A DNA stretch of 64,000 nucleotides from Ginglymostoma cirratum. Its lineage: Eukaryota. The notes under the pieces are model-generated. The model was not told the origin of the DNA. It ran no database searches and worked only from the letters and a program-made list of their open reading frames with translations. Made by a program: the position numbers and the translations under genes. Of this stretch, positions 33,946-46,900 are shown piece by piece; the stretch's first letter is position 1, and every line of letters begins with the position of its first letter. The stretch covers positions 3,829,725 through 3,893,724 of the forward strand of contig JAHRHZ010000031.1 of NCBI GenBank assembly GCA_024137785.1, given 5' to 3'.

Positions 33946-35696
33946 GCCCAGATTTTCCAGACAATGACAAAGCTGGGTTGATCGTTTTTGACTAGTTATA
34001 TTGTCGCATCCTAAACCTTTTGTATCTTTCCAGCTGGGTCTTCAGTCCTGGCTACAGCAGTGATTCATGGAGCCCAGTGGTGAAGGGAAGCAGTGAGAGA
34101 ACAGGCTCCATTTTTAATATGTCAACTGGCCTACTCTGATAAGTATTTAAATGTCTTAAATATTTTCAGAGAGTTAGTGAGTATTAATGGGAGTGTGACT
34201 GTGTGTGAGTAAGCGAGTGAATGTGAGAGTAACTGTGAGTGAATGGGTGTGTGTGAGCAGGGAAGTAGGTGTGAGAGTGGGTGTGTGAGAGCGTGAATGG
34301 ATGAATGTGTGGGTGTGTAATTGAATGGGTGAGTGAATGGGTATGTGAACGGCTGACTGAGTAGGTAGACGACTGAGTGGTTGTGGACTGGCTGAGCTAG
34401 TGGATGTGTGAGTGTGTGAGCCGGTTAGTGAGTTGATGAGTGACTGAATGAGTGTATGGGTCTAGGCACTGTTGAGTAGTTGGGTGAGTGGATGGGTGTT
34501 GGTCAGGGGAGAGTGATCCTGTTGTTTTCGAGAGCAAGTGTTCAGATCAGAGGTGTGGGTCAGCTTGGTTTGGTAACGAGTCAGAGAGTGGACATTTGCG
34601 TCAGTCTGGTCAGTGTGGATTGGGAGTTGATAGCATGTGCATTGGGTAGACATGGCAGGGGTGTCAGAGAATGGGAAGTTGGGTTGGGGATAGTCAAATT
34701 TGTGAGGCGGTTCATGTCAGTGGAGGTTTGAGGTTGAGTATTTGGAATGGGGTGTTGTCAGGTCAGTGTTTGTTGTGATGTTGGTCGGTTTGGTGGTAGT
34801 CCATTCAGTGGGGAATTAGAGTCATAGCCGGTTGAGTCTAGCTGGGTTAGATTGGGTGTGTGGCTCAATTTGGGATGGGTGATTGAGCCAGGGGTTGAGC
34901 AGTTGTGTCTTGGGTTTTGGGAGTGAGTAATCAGGATAGTCAGGTTGATGGGAGTGAGTAGTTGGGCCTGCAAGGTTGGTTAGATAAGGTGGTTGAATCT
35001 GTTTGGGAGTGTGGTAGTTAGGTTGTTTCTGGATTTGAGGGCCGATGGTGTTGGAGGTTTGGTAGTCAGCTACGTGGGGCATAGACAATCGGGGTGGGGA
35101 AGGCAGACAGGTTGGAAGAGATAGTGAGGGCAATGTGGTATAGACAGGCTGTTGGAGGAGGGTGTCAGTTTGTCTGTGGCTTCAGTTATTTGGGTTCGTA
35201 GCGTGGGCACTTGGGTCAGGGGATTGGATAGTAAAGTCATTGTGGTTGGGTGACCAGGTAGTCCTGTGGGTAGTTGAGTGGGAGGGATGGTGGTGTGGGT
35301 AGTAGGATTAGTGAGGGTTGAATAATTGGATTGGTGACATTGAGTAATCAGATGGTGGATGGGCAGTCAGGTTGGGGGAGGGGGATGGGGTTGAGTAAAA
35401 TGGGTTGGGGTGGGCAGTGAGGTCAGGGGGACAGCGGGTAGGGTTACAGCAGAGATGGAACAGCAAAACACTTCTGTGGCAAGTAACATGTGTCTTGCCC
35501 AAACCCCCGATACCGAATTCAGTGCAAGAGCCATTCACTGAGGGTCCGGTGCAGGGCAAATCAACCCATTAGAGGCTTAAACTTATTGGGAAATTGCAGC
35601 ACTTGTGCATACATCAGGCCTTCCAATGAATCCTAAAGCATAACAGCAACTCACACCTCAACATCCATTGCTGTTGTCATGAGAAAATCTGGCCCC
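33946..35696. mobile_element. Putative TIR DNA-transposon relic enclosing a GT-rich low-complexity interior
   Basis: Perfect 10-bp inverted termini CCAGATTTTC (33948-33957) and GAAAATCTGG (35683-35692), extending imperfectly (ATGACAA). The interior 34185-35450 is (GTGA)n-like and G/T rich. Confidence 0.45.
34185..34500. repeat. Degenerate (GTGA/GT)n microsatellite
   Basis: GTGTGTGAGTAAGCGAGTGAATGTGAG... visible directly. Confidence 0.85.
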
Positions 35697-35789
35697 ATAT
35701 GTACTAAGGAATATTTATGTTGGAACAAATGTGTAAAATAAATATCAATATTTGGGTTTGGGACTGAATGATAAGATTTTATTCACCAG

Positions 35790-36210
35790 CGCTCACTGAC
35801 CTACATTAGTTCCTGGTTCAGCAACATTTCAGTTTTAAAATTCTCCTTGTTTTTAAATCCCTTTACAGTCTCATCTTTCCCTGTCTCTGTAATCTCTTTC
35901 AGCCATATAACCCTTCAAAATCCTTGTACTCCTCCAATATTGGCCTCTAATGCAACAATTTTCATTGCTCCATCATTTAAAGCTTTTGCTACCTTACTTA
36001 AACGTTCTGGAATTCTCTCCCTCGACCTGTCAGCCTCTTTACGCCTCCCTTCTTTAAAGTGCTCCTTTAGATCTACGTCTTTGATCAAGCTTTTGGATAC
36101 CAGTGTTTATATTTCTTTATGTGATTTGTATCAAACATTGTTTGGTATATTCCTTTGAAGCACCTTGGACAACTTGACTGTATTAAAAGTGATACATCAA
36201 TGTAAGTATT
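35790..36210 (+). mobile_element. L2-clade LINE 3' end
   Basis: CACTGACCTACATT...TTTTAAAATTCTC...CTGGAATTCTCTCCC...GAAGCACCTTGG...TAAAAGTG...ATGTAAGT, an L2-type tail. Confidence 0.6.
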
Positions 36211-36559
36211 TGAGATTCATTGTGTTGAATTAACTAATCTCTGTTGGATTAATTTCAAAAAATAAACTTTACTGGTGTCATGCCTCATTGGAGTACTGCA
36301 GTGAAAATGAAGCTTCACTATCCCCAGAGTGATCATAAGAGTCAAAAATGTTATTAAAGTACACAATTTACTGTTGTATAGGCTAGCAGAAAATAGGGAC
36401 CAGGTTCCTGTACTTAACAAGAATCATCATTATTACAAATAGATTCTAACCACAGCTGTTATAAAATGTTGACTTTATTTCAAATATACAGAATATGTGA
36501 CTCCACAAGTTAAAACACTAACTGTCTGCTTTACCGCCATTCGGGCAGATGCATTGATC

Positions 36560-36686
36560 AAAAACAGAAGTTGCTGGAAAAGCTCAGCAGGTCTGGCAGC
36601 ATCTGTGAAGAGAAAAAGTCAGGGTTAACGTTTCGGGTCCAGTGACCCTTCCTCAGAACGTGTGACCCAAAATGTTAACTCTGACA
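36560..36686 (-). mobile_element. Penelope-derived short repeat with partial inverted copy
   Basis: AAAACAGAAGTTGCTGGAAAAGCTCAGCAGGTCTGGCAGCATCTGTG... followed by the inverted segment GACCCAAAATGTTAACTCTGAC. Confidence 0.75.
36624..36659 (-). ncRNA. Minimal type I hammerhead ribozyme motif (Penelope-associated, dimer-type)
   Basis: Reads GUU-CUGAGGA-A-GGGUC-ACUG-GACCC-GAAA-CG-UU|AAC. Both core boxes are intact, with a 5-bp stem II, palindromic ACGU helix III and 3-bp stem I. Confidence 0.65.
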
Positions 36687-37249
36687 CCCTTTGACCTTTG
36701 GCCTTTGACATCCACAACTGGTCACGACTCCACAAACCAATCAGCAACATTTTGCTCACTGAATTTCAGTGTATAAACAACCTGGTGTTAGCCCATCTAT
36801 AAAAAGTGCACCTCATCTCCCCCAACCATTGCTTGAACAAAAAGCAGCATAGGGTTAGAATGAGTTTCAGTAACTTGATTTTTTAAAGTGCAGCAATTCA
36901 ATCCTTAATTGTAAAACATAGTCTTTTTCCCAAACAGTCCTTTTCCCAATTCATCCTCACTTAAAAATATTGAAAATAGAAATATACACTCTTTACACTG
37001 GTTCAAAAATATATATTTTAGCTTGACTGCATGAATTGTTTCAAATTAGAGAATAAGAGCCAAACATGTTCTTAACCTGCATTATAAAGATTTTATGCAT
37101 ATTTAATGGTGTAGGATGTTTTCTTTAGCCAAATTCATATGTAAGATTAGAAGTTATTTTTAATATTTGTGGAGAAATAATTAACATCTCCATTTGACAG
37201 TTTTCTCTCTGTTATTTTAATCGAACTATAAAATTGCTTTGTGGCATTC

Positions 37250-38345
37250 TCAAATCTTGAAATTATATCAAGTCCAGGTAATTAGCATATATTGAAAAGA
37301 GCAGTTGGCCTAATACTGTTCCCGACAGAATGCCAGTGCATACTTCCCCTCTGAAAAACAGCCATTGACTTTTATTCCCTATTTTTTAATCCTTAGCTAA
37401 TCACGTATCCACACTGCCAATGTCTCATCAATCACATGGTCTAAACTTTTGTTAATAATGATACCTAATAAAATGAGAGACAATCTATATGACATCAACG
37501 TCATTATCTTCAGTGATCTTCTCTGTTGTTTTGTCATCAATCTCAATTCAGCTAGTCAAAGAAATGTTCTGTTAATAAATTTACATTCACTTTCATTTAA
37601 TAGAACATACTTATTATAGTGCCAATTGATTTTGTCCTGGAATATTAACTCTGAAAGTATCTCTACCACTAAGGCCAGGTTGACTGGCCTGTGGTTTTTG
37701 AATTTATCTTGTTCCATTTTTTGATCTGGTGTTCAACATTTGTAATCCTGCAATCCTCAGATACCACCTGCATATTTAAGGAAGATTGAAAAATTGTTGG
37801 CAAAGCCTCTACAATTTTTTTTCTCTTACTTCCTTCAGTAACTAGGATCCAGTCCATTTGGACTTTTCTAATTTGAAGAATGCCAACATTTTCACTATTT
37901 ATTTTTATGTGATTCATTATTGCCATTACTGCTTTATGGAGAGCAGCATCCTCTTTTCTAACGAAGACAGATACACCGTATTAATTTAGCACCATATCCT
38001 GTCTCCATAGAATGGTTTCAGAGATAGTAGGAACTGCAGATGCTGGAGAATCTGAGATAACAAGGTACAGAGCTGGAAATTTCTGAAGAAGGGTCTAGAC
38101 CTGAAACTTCAGCTTTCTTGCTCCTCTGATGCTACTTGGTCTGCTGTGTTCATCCAGCTCCGTACCTTGTTATTCATAGAATGATCCCCACTTTTATCCC
38201 TAAATTACTACACTATTCGTTTGACAATCTTTTACTATTCATCTGTTTATAAAATAACTTTGGTTTTCCTTTCATATTAGCCATTTCTTTTTGCTTTCTT
38301 TTTGCTCCTCATTTGCTTTTTTGATCCCTTTTGCACTTTTTACCT
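37250..38345 (-). mobile_element. Decayed CR1 ORF2 fragment
   Basis: Minus translation IVEALPTIFQSSLNMQVVSEDCRITNV resembles CR1 IAxPLxxIFQxSLxxGxVPEDWRxANV. Confidence 0.75.
38015..38174 (+). mobile_element. Complete short Penelope-derived fold-back element with 9-bp TSD, nested in CR1
   Basis: 20/21-bp inverted repeat (38057-38077 / 38153-38173). Core CTGAAGA-A-GGGTC-TA-GACCT-GAAACTTC (38083-38110). CATAGAATG is duplicated at 38006-38014 and 38175-38183. Confidence 0.8.
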
Positions 38346-38799
38346 AGAAATCTTTAACTTAGATTCCACAAGTAAAGATCCCTCTTCACTCACTGGAAAT
38401 AGAACATCTGCTGTTACTAAACCTTGTTCTTTTCCAGTTGTTTCGATGGCTAGATCAGATTAAAACTCACAAAAACAGATTCAATCTCTGCTCAGCTGAG
38501 GTAGACCTGGGACCTGCCTCCTCACCTACACATAGTTAAAAAAAGATTGGTGAATAGCCGCCAATGACCTGCATTTGGGCAAATATCTCAAAAAGGTTCT
38601 CAACCTAATCAGATTATAATAATTGTTTCTCAAACACTTCCCTATAGCAACATGCTCTATTTACCCCACTCCATTTTCCAGAACTAGATCTATCAACTCT
38701 TCCTTCCTCATCTACGTAAAGGTAACTGAAGAATATTATGTTACATTCCGTTTTGTTTTCATTTTGCATGCTAGATTCTCTGGTATTGAACAAATGCAT

Positions 38800-38930
38800 A
38801 AATTACTGCAGGAAGTGGAAATCTGAAAATAAAACACATCTTGTTGGAAACATTCAGAACATCAGGCAGCATCCGTGGAGACAATGACCATGTTAATGAT
38901 TCTAATGTGGACCTTTCAACAGAGCTAGGA
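38800..38930 (-). repeat. Old copy of the Penelope-derived short repeat
   Basis: GGAAATCTGAAAATAAAACA...TCAGGCAGCATCCGTGGAGA. Confidence 0.55.
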
Positions 38931-40149
38931 GGTATTAAAGTTGAAAAGTCAGCCAAAAAAATGCAAACACATGCAAAAAGATGTAAAAAAAACCCCTGTG
39001 AAATACTTAATTGAAAATTTGAATATGGCTGAAATTCTACTGGTTTCAGAAAATAAGGAGGTGTATTGAGGGCAATAAAATATGTATGTGAAGTATGGAT
39101 TTTGTGTATAGGTAAAGGCATTGGTGAGAGGCTGGTGGAAAAGGAAATTGAAAATTGTCAAAGTGGTTTAACCATCCTGAGGTCATGAAAGGCATTATAT
39201 TTATGCAGGTTCTTTCTGTTATATAAGCTACTTTGGAGGCCCACGCAGAATTCAGAATGTAGAAGACTGATTATTGCTCTTCGGAACAATGTGATTGGAC
39301 TGTTGTGGTCTTCCTTTAGATCTTAAGGATTAAGACCTTTACTTCAGCAATTTTTATGATGTTTTAAATCTGGAGACTTAGGAGGCTTTTACAAAGCTGT
39401 GGAAGTACACTAACTAATCTTGGATTTAATTTCTTTGGTGCTCTATCTTATAAAACCAACCCAGGAATTATCAGAGGAATTTTTACTCCAGTAATGGTCA
39501 GCAGAAGATTACTTGGAACCAAAAGATTCCTGGGCCTTCCAAAAAAACCTCTTGTGTAACAAACATGAGACTACATAAGCTCAGTATTCTAATTTATTGT
39601 TGTATTTTATGAATAAATTAATTAGATCATTTACAGCCTGTGTTGTAGTCAGAGTTTGAGTTTATATTGAACCATGATACCTCTAGGGAGCATTGGAAGC
39701 ACAAGAAATACAAATTTATAATAAAATAAACTAGTTGAGGTGTCAACTGCTGTCGTAGTATAAATAAATTCTTTGAATTTCTGATTTTATTTCTACAGAT
39801 GGTGGTTACAATGTGTTGCATATAATTTGTGCTATGTATATAATATATGTTAAAAATATTGCCCCAGAGTATTTGAGGGTGGTCCAGTAAACCCGTGTGT
39901 AACTTTATTAGCAGACTGTCAGGAATGACTAGTCAATGTGCCAAGTTCCACTCTGCAGCAAACATCTGGATGGCCATCAGTGGAATGCAGCTTCTGCCGC
40001 CTTATTCAAGGTCATCAAAAACACATGTGTTGATGGTAATGTATCCCTACATTAGCTACTCCCCTTCCGAAGGAACCTGCTGTATGGTTGTACAATGCAT
40101 TCAAATTAAACCCCTTCCCCCATTCTTTGTGGCTCATGTGTCCAAAATA

Positions 40150-40280
40150 GCCATGATGTGGAAATGCTGGCATTGGACTGGAGTAGACAAAGTCAGAAGT
40201 CACACAACACCAAGTTATAGTCCAACAAGTTTATTTAAAATCACAAGCTTTTTGAGCACTGCTCCTTCAACAGGTGGGGT
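40150..40280 (-). mobile_element. Penelope-derived fragment with degenerate hammerhead
   Basis: Minus strand reads CTGTTGA-AGGAGC-AGT-GCTCA-AAAAGCTT. Same family as 6010. Confidence 0.6.
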
Positions 40281-40409
40281 GGAACCAAAATGTCTTTCCT
40301 CCTATAGGTCTTGCTCCACTGCCTGACTTCACAGAATTGTGACTGCCCACAATAGGAAAATAAAGGGCCTCTCGATGACTTAGTGAACTATGGGTGGTTG
40401 TTGGCTGGA

Positions 40410-40900
40410 TAATCTAGCATTTATCACTCATCTCAAACTACTCTTGAGAATGTTGTAGATCTTAAACTGATGCAGTACATGTGGTGCACTAACATCCATT
40501 GAGCTGTTAATGAGGATATTAACTGGAAGTTTGATCTCGGCACAATGAAGGAGTTGTGATACAATTCCAAGTCAATAGGATGTGTTCCCATAAAGGAAAC
40601 ATGGTGGTGATCACTGTACTTGTTCTACTAGTCAGTAGAGGTTGTGGGTTTGTCTAAGAAGTCTTTGTGAGTTGCTGCAGTACATTTAACGGATGGTACA
40701 GATTGCTGATACTGTAGATCAATGGTGGAAGGAAAAAAATGTTTAAGATGATGGATCAGGTATCAGTCAGAATGTGGCTTTGTCTCAGTGTTGTGGGAGC
40801 TCATCTAGACATGTGTAAAGGACTTGGACTTGTGGCTTGTAGACAAACTTTGGGAAAGAGAATTCCCAGCTTTTGACCTATTACTTGGCACCGTGGACCA
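40410..40900 (-). mobile_element. Decayed LINE 3' end (family of 50590-51365)
   Basis: GCATTTATCACTCATCTC...CTTGAGAA...TTCCAAGTCA...CAATGGTGGAAGG shared with 30880-31400. Confidence 0.55.
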
Positions 40901-43559
40901 GTGGTGAAGAGCAACAAACTGTGAGAAGTCCCTGCTATTAATAGTGAACTAGATTTGATGTTATGCGCTGAATTGCCTCTTCTGAGTATTTTTTCCAAGC
41001 ACTCCTCTGTACTTGGCAGTCACAAACAAGTTCAGGTATTTCTGCAAAATAGCCTGTTGCCAAGCCAAGTCCACCTTCTTGCAAAAAAGCCTGTTCTTAT
41101 GTATTTTTCCACTCTCCGTCAGTTGCTTATTGCCATGTCCAATTAATCCATAATGAAATGGTTTGGAGCTTCATTTTTGGATTCATAGACTACAGACTCT
41201 AAATTATTTGGCAATTACTACCCTAATTACTAGTTTGCCATCATACTATCATAGAACCACACAGGTCAGAAGAGGCCCTTTGGTCCAAATATCGTGTACC
41301 CTCAAAGCCATACTAAATCTATGCGAGTATCACCTTCCAGCAATTAGGCCCTTAGCCGTCCCCATACTGATTACAGAGACTAAACATGATTGAATACATT
41401 GAATATATTTTACTACACAGATTCTGGCATCTTTCATGGAGGTTTGCTTGACTTGTAGAGATTTTCATTTTTGGTAACATAATCTAAAAAGTGCAAATTG
41501 AAAACTGCAAGGTCACAACTACTGGGTGCAGGTGCAAAATTTAAATGCATGTTTGGCAGAAGTAATATCTAAACTGTAAAATTAGTACCCTAGAAGTACT
41601 GCCCTCCTGTGCCTTAAGCAATATTGATTTTAGAAAAGTAAGCTAACATAGAATGACGATTTGTAGCTGGTATTGATTTAAAAAGAAATGTGTACAACAC
41701 CAATCTTACTCTGTCTGATGAGAGAGACAAAGGAGGAAACTGATGCCACATAGTTGGAGCAGCTTAAGATGCATTACATTTAAAGTTATTTCATGCCAAC
41801 TATACAAATGGTGACATTTTATTTTGAAAGAGCTAATGCATTGCTGCTGCCGGTGTTTTAAACCTTTCTGAGATGTGTCAGCAGCAAATTGAAGCATTGC
41901 GGGCTTGACTATATTCCATTTCCAATTGCCTTGAAGATAAGATTAAAGGAGAAGATCATTAGGAAGGAGTAATGTGAAATATTTCATTTCAATGTAAAAT
42001 TGTTTTAACTGTTTGTTTTAGTAGGTTAAGGTTAATGTTAACGTAAGTTGAACCACGTGGTTCTTGTAATGTTAACGTTGTTGCCCCACCTTCCATTAGC
42101 TGAAATTATAATAACAAAGAATTTGATTTAATGATCCAATTTTCCATACAGTCGGTGACTTGTACCTGGTTGAAAAGAATGGTGTTTTTTAAATGTATGT
42201 AATTGTTTACAACTTTTAACTTTGCAATGGAAAAAATGAGCATTGGATTGATTTCTCAGGCAGGCACTTCCAATGTATGACTTTATTTGCAAACCACACT
42301 GCCCTGAAATCACAGGGCCCCGATCTCGATTTTTTGCCTACTTGAATGAATGAAGTGAAAACATGGGTTTGCTGACTGTTAGCTAATCAGTCTGTTGGCA
42401 ATCCATTTGATATTATTTGTCATTAACTATATAAGATATTATAGACTCGTAATACGCACTAGCAGCATGTCGATGCCAATGCTACTTTAGATATAAAGGG
42501 ATGAATTTTTATGTGTAACTGAAAATGTGGGACTGGAGGTGGAAGAAGTTGCAATTTTGGATTCCCATCCTTATTTGGAAAGCAAATGCCTTACGTGTCC
42601 ATTAATTGGACACCTAATTGAAAATCATATCAGCAGTCATATGTTGTGTGTCATGGGGTTGTGACCTGCAAATGTTCCCAATGTTGGGGTCCTGACATAA
42701 AAATGAATATGCTGCCTCAAATGTTCATTGTATATCACTGGCATTCAACCAACATGTTTCTTTTTAAACAAAACAATTCTTAGACTTTTATCATTCAAGG
42801 ACATAGTGGAACATAGCAGTGTATATAACTGAAAACATGACATTATATATTCGTACATAATCTTCAGTTAGCAGTGCAGCAGGGTTGTTTATAAATACTG
42901 GCAGGAAAGGCTAGCATAACTAGCTTGAGATATCTGGATATTGTAGGACAGGCTTTTCCAATTGATTTGCATGAGGGACCATATATCAATTTTTCTCTTA
43001 CTCAGGTCTCAGTGAACTAATTTCAGAAAGATAGGATTTGGCACAACAGTGAATCTGAATTTTCAGAAAACAATTCCAATCAATGAATTGATAATTTAAA
43101 TAAGTAATTAATTTAAAGAAATGGCCCCTATAAAGCACAATGCGGCAGAACTAACTAATTGTTTTGCCTTTTTGGTTAAGAAGCAGAGCTAGAGATAAAT
43201 TAACCCCGAAGTCCTGATCTCCAGGGAAGATATGGGATTGGAGACCAGTTTAAGAATTGGGTTAAGTAACATTGACCTTGCTTTCATCTCAGTTGTGGCA
43301 CACTCTGAGTGGAAGAAACACAAAATGCAAATGGAGGTTAGTTGTAGGTTGCCCTTCAGGCTGAATTTTTCTCATCTCCCAGCTTGCTTTGTGGAAATAT
43401 TTTTAGGGAGGGAGTAAAAAGAGGAGGAGGAGGAACAACATGAAGTAGAAGGGAAGTGGAGTAAATGGATGAAGAGAAAGCGAGAGAAAGATGTGACAGA
43501 GACTGGAAATGTGTATGACTCACTCTCAGGATTCACACAAACTATCTATCTTTTACAAT

Positions 43560-44210
43560 CTTTCACTTTTCCTTCCTCCCTACCTCCGTCCCTCACACTT
43601 TCTCCTCTCTCCCTCTTTCATTCTCTCCTTTTCTCTCTCTCCCACTTTCCAACCACCATTCTCCCTCACACTCTCCCTTTTCTCCTTCCTCACTCACTCA
43701 CTCCCCATTCCTCTTTGACTCCCTCCATCTCCTTCCCTAACTGTCTTTCACCACCCTGTTTCACTCTCTTCCTCCCTCACTTTCTCAACTGTCCTTCTTT
43801 CCCTTTCCTCTGTCCTTCCATCAGTCATTTCTTAATCCATACCTCATAGTCTCTTCCTCCCTCATTCCCTCTCCCATCCCCCCCATTCCTTCCCCATTCT
43901 CTCTCCATCCCTCATTCCCTCCCTTACTCATACCCTCCTTCACTTCCTCATTCCCTTATCCTCACTCACACCATCATTCACTCCCCTCCCTTCCTTCCCT
44001 CATTCCCTACCCCCTCTCTCCTTCATTCTGTCCCTCATTCCCTCCTACTCGCTCCCTCCATTATTCCCTCCCCTCATTCTCTCCCCCTCCCTCATTCCCT
44101 CCACCCTCCCTCCTACCCTTCCTCCCTCATTGCTTCATCTTCCCTCATTCCCTGGTCCTCCTTCTTTCATTCCCTTCTGTCCTCCTTCACTATCTCTGTC
44201 CCTTCACCTC
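43560..44210. repeat. Polypyrimidine low-complexity tract with CCCTCATT units
   Basis: ~650 bp almost free of G on the plus strand. Confidence 0.9.
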
Positions 44211-45699
44211 TCGATCAGACCTACACTCACACAATACCATGGATGTGGTAGCCTGTTCTCCTGCTTGGGGTCTTTCAGTAGACCCAGTACCTGCACTGGA
44301 GGGACAGAGTCTTGTCTTCTGCCCAATATATTTGTTTTAACTCAGAACCTTATTTACCACTCCCTCTGAAACACGCATTAGAAATCCTGTTTTCGCACAT
44401 TTGTCCGATCCCTCGCAATCTCCTCCCCTCCCTCTCTTGTCACAGTCTGTCTGCCTCCACTGCAATCACACTGTGCAGGCCTCAGTCTGAACCCAATGAT
44501 TCAAGTTTGCAAGGATTTCTGCTCCTCCAAACAAAGGCAACCTGTTTGCCCATGATAGGCTTGTTAGTAAACCTATCAGTTGCAATGTGGAAGAGTATTG
44601 CTATCTGATTGGAGGAATATTTCCTGACAGAAACTTGTAGGCCAACTTCCTGTATTTGAAATCCTGGTCGAAGCAAGAATGGACTCTTTGATGGGCTGCA
44701 TTATGGCCTGTGAACCACACGTTGGACAAATCTGTTAGAGCATCATGGGTTCCCTTCACCACTCTACTGTTCTATGGAACACCAAAAAGGCTTGGTATTA
44801 GAATTCTAGGAATGTTCAAACAAAACACTCAGAGCAAGAGACAAAGCAAAAACGTCTGAAGAGTTGTATCAATTTAATAGTTGATTCAAGGAGAACATAG
44901 GTGTAAAATAAAAAAAAACTCATTATCTCACTGAAAAGAGCTTGAGGTCCGAGGAGAGCCACTTTATGTGATGCTTTGTCTTAGAGTGTAATACAAGGCT
45001 AATAGAAAGGTAAATGTCAAGTACCTTTCTGAAATATTGATTTTCAGACAATTCTTTGATGTGTGTCTGTTTATTGCAAAAATGATAATGAAGAGAATCT
45101 TTGTGACAACATGGATCTTTTAGTTTGATTCCACACAGTAAAATTTATGACATAATCCAGAGAAAGGTTTGGAAATGTTCTGGGAAATAGCAGAAGATTT
45201 TGGAATTTGTCAGAATTAGTGGAATCTTGTGATCATAAGAAAGTTTGAAACATTAGAAGATTGAGAGAATTTCATCTGCTGGATTTGTCTGGCTGGCAGT
45301 GATGGATTTCCTGAAGTGCCAATCCCACTGGCAGTCGATCCAGCATGTACAATGAGAAACAAGCCAGGAGCATAGGTTAGTATGGCAGTGGGATTTATGC
45401 AACAGATGGAAGTTCCAACTTGAACTTTCTTCAGTGGAAACAATGATCCAAGGAAAGTTCAGTAATGATATTACTTTTTGCACTTTAAAATTAACTGACA
45501 TTTTCATCAATGTATTAGTTAGTACAAAAACCCTGTTATTCTGGAAAAGAAAAATCCATCATTTTCTCAGATGTATGAAGGCAAATCTCTTACCTGAATG
45601 CGTTATTAATTTCTTATAAAGTAAGAACAGTAGCTCACCTGTTTATGATTTCAAAAGTTACTAGTTATTTTTGGAAATTGATTTAGAATTTTGTCAAAC

Positions 45700-46470
45700 T
45701 ATAAGACCACGAGACAATAACAAATAGGAACAGGAGTAGGCCATTTGCCCCTCAGGCCTGCTCTGCCATTCAATAGGATCATGATGATCTGACATTCATC
45801 ACGTCTACTTTCCTGCCCTTCCGTGTAATTCTTGAGCTCCCTACTGATCAAGAATCTGTCTCAGCCTTAAATATGCACAAGATCTCTGTCCCCACAGTTT
45901 TCCGTGGCAAGGAGTTCCGAAAAGTGACAACCCTCTGAGAGATGAAATTCCTCCTCATACCAGTCTTAAATTGATGCCCCTTTATTGTGAGTCTAAGCTC
46001 TTTGGCCCTAGATTCTCCCATGAGGAGAAACATCCTCTCAGCATTTACCCAGCCAAGCCATTTAAGAATCCTACCTGTTTCAATGAGGTTACCCCTTATT
46101 CTTCTAAACTCCAGTGAGTATAGTCCCAATTTGTTTTACCATTGCTCTTAAGACAATCCCACCATTACATCCTATTGAACCTTCTCTGAACTGCCTCCAA
46201 TGAAATGATATCTTTTCTTAAATAAGAGCACAAAAGCTCCACACGCGGTCTCACTAGCACCTTGTTCAGTTGCAGTGAGACTTCCCTACTCTTGAAATTA
46301 GGACCAATATTCCATTAGTCTTCCTGATTATCTGTGTGCCAGCTTTCTGTGTTTCATGCACAAGTTCCACCAAATCCTATTGTGTTGCAACTTTTTGCTG
46401 TTTCTCTCCATTTAAATCATGTTCTTGTGTTCTCCCTTCCAAAATTAACAATTTTGTGTTTCTCCACACG
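45700..46470 (-). mobile_element. CR1 LINE 3' end
   Basis: ORF 45848..46129 GLYSLEFRRIRGNLIET...MRRNFISQRVV...NSLP, the typical CR1 ORF2 C-terminus. Confidence 0.9.
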
Positions 46471-46542
46471 ATACTGGATGCTTAGAATGTTGCAAGGCAT
46501 CAAAAGCTACACTGATTATTTCAAAGTGATGTTGTTTGAAAA

Positions 46543-46900
46543 TTGAAAACAAAAAAAATGCTGGAATTCACAGTATGTCAGGCAGCATCTGTGGAGAGAG
46601 AGCAAGCTAATGTTTCCAGTCTAGATGACTTTCCATCAGAGCTGATGTGAAGTGTGGAGGGGGCAGCATTTATGTGATAGTGGGGGAGTGGAGTTCTGGG
46701 GGAGAAAGGGTATCGATAGAGTAGATTAAGTGATCGGAATGTGAAAATGGCAGGACAACGGTGTGTCTAGCTGCTAGACTGGAAAGAACAGACAGTTCCA
46801 CTGGAGTGGAGGGAGAAGAGAGAGGCCATTGTGACAGAGAATGTAACAAATAAAGCTAAAAGAAAAGGAAGGAATGGGAATGGGTTCACAATCTGAAAAC
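46543..46900 (-). mobile_element. Penelope-like terminal fragment with degenerate hammerhead
   Basis: Minus strand reads CTGATGG-A-AAGTC-ATCTA-GACTG-GAAACATT, with a longer purine-rich body. Confidence 0.55.

Noticed and set aside
43469-43849. 126-aa Ser/Leu/Pro-rich ORF
   Set aside because: Translation of low-complexity polypyrimidine DNA.
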